A stretch of 63,948 nt of DNA, the filler included, from Dirinaria sp. TL-2023a (lineage: Eukaryota), in NCBI GenBank assembly GCA_051941275.1. It is 3 parts of 3 records of this genome, joined end to end, with 100 filler letters (N's around TTAATTAATTAA, not from the genome) between each part and the next. Parts side by side here need not be neighbours in the genome. Positions count along the whole stretch, not along the records: positions 43,089 to 63,948 come from JAVEBF010000273.1; 2 more parts are not named here. One strand, written 5' to 3'. Positions 59,895 through 63,948 of the stretch are shown here, piece after piece. The notes under the pieces were generated by a model. It was not told the origin of the DNA, searched no databases, and saw only the letters and a program-made list of their open reading frames with translations. Both the position numbers and the translations under genes were made by a program. Within the stretch, counting starts at the first letter, position 1; each line of letters starts with the position of its first letter.

Positions 59895-61033
59895 GCCGGG
59901 AAGGGCGTAACAGGAGAAGTTCGGCGAGAGCTTTGCAGCAACTCGCCCGAGACGGGAGACCCCAGCTCCGAGGTAGCGGGGAAATTTAGTATGAAAGGTC
60001 CCTAGCAGATTAATTCAGAGGTGATAGCGGCGTTTACAGTGAATGAGGGTGGAAACAGGGTGTTGACAGTTGAGATGGTGTGAGTCGAGTGGTTGTCGAG
60101 TGAGCAAAAGTTTCGATGTTCGGATGGGAAGAGGACCCTTGCTTGTTCAGTCGGCCCAATGACGCATGTTGTTGTTAAGACTCCCCTAAGGCTCGGGAGA
60201 GCGAGGCCGCGTTCACCGCGACTTTTTTTTCTCGAAGATTTCCTCTTTCGAACCACTCGTGCTTGGCTCACATGCAAATTATGGTAATGGAGCTGGTGAA
60301 AGCGGTCGTTATATGCGGGTCAGCTTATCTTCAGCCTGTGCTCCCCAATTGCTGTAGCACGGCTACTCTGGGTCCTTTGCCTGCGCCCAGCCAGCTGTTT
60401 CTAGCCGTGCCGGCCAATCAACGTTCCAGTATTCAGCACGACTTCGGTCGATCCGCTGCTGACGCCCTGGCCTACATTCCTCTATCCACCGCTAAACAAA
60501 TTGCGACTTGTCGGACGCGGACAACATCTAAATGCCGACAACACAACTGACTGACGCGTCAGGCAATCTTGCTCGACATTGCCAAAATTCGAGCCAGCAA
60601 ATACACCTGGAGCGTAGAGAGGGACCCTGAAGGATGGACTTCAAGGATGACGAATATTGTTGCCTCAGCTTTCCCTGTCGTCAGCCCGTACCACTCGGAA
60701 GCTGATAGGTTCACGAGGCATGGAACCCGCTTACGGTATTCGTGGAATGGATTTCTTCAAGCCTATGCCTCTCTCAAGGGATTCTGACACACTCGCTGCC
60801 TCGGTAAACAGTCAGCCATCAATCGCGTCTACGCAGATATCGGACAACGTCGCCGCTGGAATCTGTTCCACCGAGCCGTGCGGCCTTCTTGGTAGGGGTT
60901 GGGACCGATCAGCAGCCAAGCGAGTTTAAAAAGGCTCAGACCCAGGGTTTAAGTGGACGCTGTGTGGGTCGAGGTTCGACGAGGGGCCTTCCACAGACGG
61001 TAGACTCTGACAAGCGTTGGCGACTTGTGGCTC

Positions 61034-61566
61034 TCAATCACCAAGCTTGAGAGTCAAGACTAGTAGGCATCCGTATGCGGCCATCGAGAGTGCGGTCAAG
61101 ACAACGACCACGTTACCGCTTGTTCTAAACTTCTTCCTGTTGAGCCCATCTTGGCCGATCTCGGAAAAAAATTGCTTGTTTCCCTGTTGTCTCCGAAGCA
61201 GACTGATAAGCAGTATACCAGCACCATACATGGCGAACAGGGCACCAATGGAGTAGAACTCTGCGGTGAAGATCTTGAGGATGACCCTAGCATGTCATAT
61301 CGGGTCAGCGGGCTGCAAGCCTAAAGTGCTCGCATAAAAGGAAGAGATTTCCCACAGTGAGAACGAGAATTGGCCTAGAGCTGTTCGTATGTATGCACCC
61401 TCGAATGTCCTTTGCGCCGCCCGAAGTTCGACCAATTCGTCGTTGGAGAGTACGACTGATCTTGCCCGGTGAAGTCGTAGACGGTATCGGTCCTGAGCGT
61501 GGTACTATGATACTATCAGCATAATGCTAGCACTGTGTTGAAGAACGATGACTTTACCTCGAACAT
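61034..61566 (-). CDS. Small DUF202-type membrane protein; 3 exons
   Basis: Hand-spliced: MFE|YHAQDRYRLRLHRARSVVLSNDELVELRAAQRTFEGAYIRTALGQFSFSL|VILKIFTAEFYSIGALFAMYG...FRTSGNVVVVLT...LKLGD*. Confidence 0.75.
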
Positions 61567-62206
61567 GTCTGCGGTCTTTGCAGCACTTGGATCCTTGTTG
61601 GGTTCGAAATCTTTGGTTGAAACCCTTTGGCCGAAGTCGGAGAAAAGAAAGCAAAAAGAGGGGAAAGATTTTTGAGTTATTATTGCATCCATGTAAAGTA
61701 TTGTGGGTTGACGGCCCTGACAAGTAGGGCTGGCTCAGGGTTCTCATCAGTAGGGCAGGGCAACACGGAACCCCGGAGGGACCCTGGCGAAGTGGTGACT
61801 TGGTCAGGACGGCAGGAACAGCGACGATGGATATGAAATACCAAGATGTCTTCGAAGATCCGGGTAACATTCTATGTTTTTATTTTAATTTTTTTCCGAT
61901 TTCTCTACCTTTTCGGTTTTGTCCTTGCATTTATCCAAACGCATTCTGTGTCGCGTTTGGTGCTTTTGAACCCCACAAGCGCTTGATCAAACCTCAAGAG
62001 CCATGGTACAAGCCTTGGATGCTTCGGAAGGTAATGCAAATATAGGAATATTAATACAACCCCTTTTCATTCATTAGCCTTTAATCGAAAAATTGCACCG
62101 AAATTCAATACTTTACATCCCCAACCCTTCCTTGCTGTTCGATCCAAAAAGCGTTGAGTGAACTGGATTGTATACCGCTCTATTGGTAACCAATTCCTGG
62201 TGGAAC

Positions 62207-63948
62207 ATGGCCAAGTTTACGCTGAATTGGAGCGAGCTCGTCGTTTTTCATATCAACTATCATAGCATACGCCTCTTTTGCTAATTCAAGTTGTGGTACG
62301 AAAAGTTGCCAAGCACAAATCGTCCGAAAGCGCTTGGGTTATACTTTACGGCAATGTATACGATGTCGGTAGATCTCCCCTAGGACTCAGCAGGTCGTGC
62401 TCAATAACGTGTAGGTCACAAATTTCCTCCCAAAGCACCCGGGGGGCAGCAAGATAGTGTGCCACCCTGATCACTTACCACCGGAAACTTTTTAATACAG
62501 ATGTAGATCCTCCGCCTAGCTGGCCAGAATGCCACCGAGGATTACGATCCTGTTCACCCACCGGGTACGCTGGAACAACATCTACCACCAGAAGCGAACC
62601 TTGGCCCTCTCGATCCAGATACACTGCCCAGAGATGAAGCCCCCAAAGCGGAAAAGCTTCAAGGAGCCGGTCCGCCAGATCTTGACACCCTACTGAATCT
62701 GGATGAAATCGAGAGGGTAGCTACGAAGCAGCTAAGCCGGAAGGCTTGGGCTTACTATTACTCGGCTGGCGACGACCTCATATCAAAAAGATTGAATAAT
62801 GAAGCGTACCGATCAATTCTGCTTAGGCCGAGGATCTTCATCGATTGCGAGAAGTGTGATCCGACAACCACGATATTGGGATGCAGTGTCGGTTCGCCTA
62901 TCTTCGTGTCTCCAGCTGCTATGGCACGGTTGGCCCAGTAGGTGCACTTTTCACATTTCGAGCTTGTACTTTTCTTGCCAAAACAGCATCCAAAGTATAC
63001 TTTCTCGTCCGGCAAGTATAACAGTCAAATACAAATGGCTATGACGGCCAAAATCTCTTCTTGATACATTGTCTAGATACTGAAACGAAGCCAAGACATT
63101 GAAATACAGTTTATCCCAGATATGCTTTACATCTCTCATGATATCTTCCTATAAAGAGCTCACAAAAACCATTTCTAGTCGGACTGGCGAGTCTGGTATC
63201 GCGTCGGCGTGCAGCAGCCACCGCACGCTCCAAATAATCTCCAACAATGCCTCCCTAAGCCCCGAAGCAATCGTCACGCCACACCCTTCTCATGTCTTCG
63301 CCTGGCAGTTGTACGGCCAAACTGACCCTTCCAAATCCGAGGCGATGCTCGCACGCATCAATGCTCTCCCCAACATCAAATTCGTGGTCTTGACACTCGA
63401 CGCTCCCGTGCCCGGGAAAAGGGAAGACGACGAACGCAGCAAAAACATCAGCAGCAACCTCCCTATCACCTCGGCCGTCCAGAGCGGGAGCACAAGCAAG
63501 CCGAACAACAACAATAACGAATCCAATGATCACGGACAACAAGGCGGAGCCGCAGGAGGCATAGGAAAGTCGCTCTTCGCAGGGACATCGCCGAAACTGA
63601 CGTGGAAGCGCACCTTACCGTGGTTAGCACAGCACACGCACTTACCCATCGTGCTGAAGGGTATCCAAACGCACGAAGACGCCTACCTGGCCTCCCTGCA
63701 CAGCCCGCCAGTGAAAGGCATCATCCTGTCGAATCACGGCGGCCGGGCCGCCGACACCGCTCCGCCTGCTGTCTACACCTTGATGGAGATCCGGAAGTAC
63801 TGCCCGCAGGTGTTCGATCGGCTGGAAGTGCTCGTGGACGGCGGGATCAGGCGCGGGACGGACGTCGTGAAGGCTTTGTGCCTCGGTGCGCGAGGCGTCG
63901 GCATCGGCCGCGCGGCGCTGTGGGGATTAGCGGCCGGGGGACCGGAGG
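62207..63948 (+). CDS. cyb2: Flavocytochrome b2 / L-lactate (alpha-hydroxy acid) dehydrogenase with N-terminal cytochrome b5 domain; runs off the window end
   Basis: The b5 domain 'AKH...[42 protein letters not shown]' is assembled over short exons. The FMN domain has '[11 protein letters not shown]', 'LLRPRIF', '[11 protein letters not shown]', '[14 protein letters not shown]', 'SNHGGR' and '[13 protein letters not shown]'. The exact first exon is uncertain. Confidence 0.88.

Noticed and set aside
62938..63178. Intronic snoRNA in the long cyb2 intron (also considered for the RRM gene intron 22500-22740)
   Set aside because: No canonical box C (RTGATGA) paired with a terminal box D, and no clear H/ACA architecture, could be seen by eye. 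An Rfam or snoscan search would be needed.
1..63948. Transposons, RIP-degraded repeats, CRISPR arrays, tRNA/rRNA genes
   Set aside because: No transposase or reverse-transcriptase motifs, terminal repeats, extended AT-rich RIP blocks, repeat-spacer arrays or recognisable structural RNA genes were found by eye.

Overview
Gene-dense, intron-containing genomic DNA from a filamentous ascomycete (Pezizomycotina; the species cannot be identified from sequence alone). It spans three contigs joined by two artificial N44-TTAATTAATTAA-N44 linkers. About 19 protein-coding genes can be reconstructed by hand from GT-AG introns. The main feature is a compact fungal mycosporine (UV-sunscreen) cluster at 10.2-16.4 kb: an O-methyltransferase (mysB) divergent from demethyl-4-deoxygadusol synthase (mysA), followed by an ATP-grasp ligase (mysC). 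No mysD/mysE-type gene is present. An IolW-like Gfo/Idh/MocA (cyclitol-type) oxidoreductase sits directly beside the cluster and is a candidate, uncharacterised tailoring enzyme. The remaining genes encode DUF3176, PTH11-like, DUF3112 and MARVEL membrane proteins, an ALYREF/Yra1-like RRM protein (cut by a gap), a conserved hypothetical protein, Cti6, a Red1/ZFC3H1-like protein, myosin II heavy chain, the velvet regulator VeA, an M43 metalloprotease, Cdc50, 6-phosphofructo-2-kinase, a DUF202 protein and a truncated flavocytochrome b2. veA has an ~7 kb gene-free upstream region with an AUG-free leader. No rRNA, tRNA, transposon or CRISPR array could be supported.
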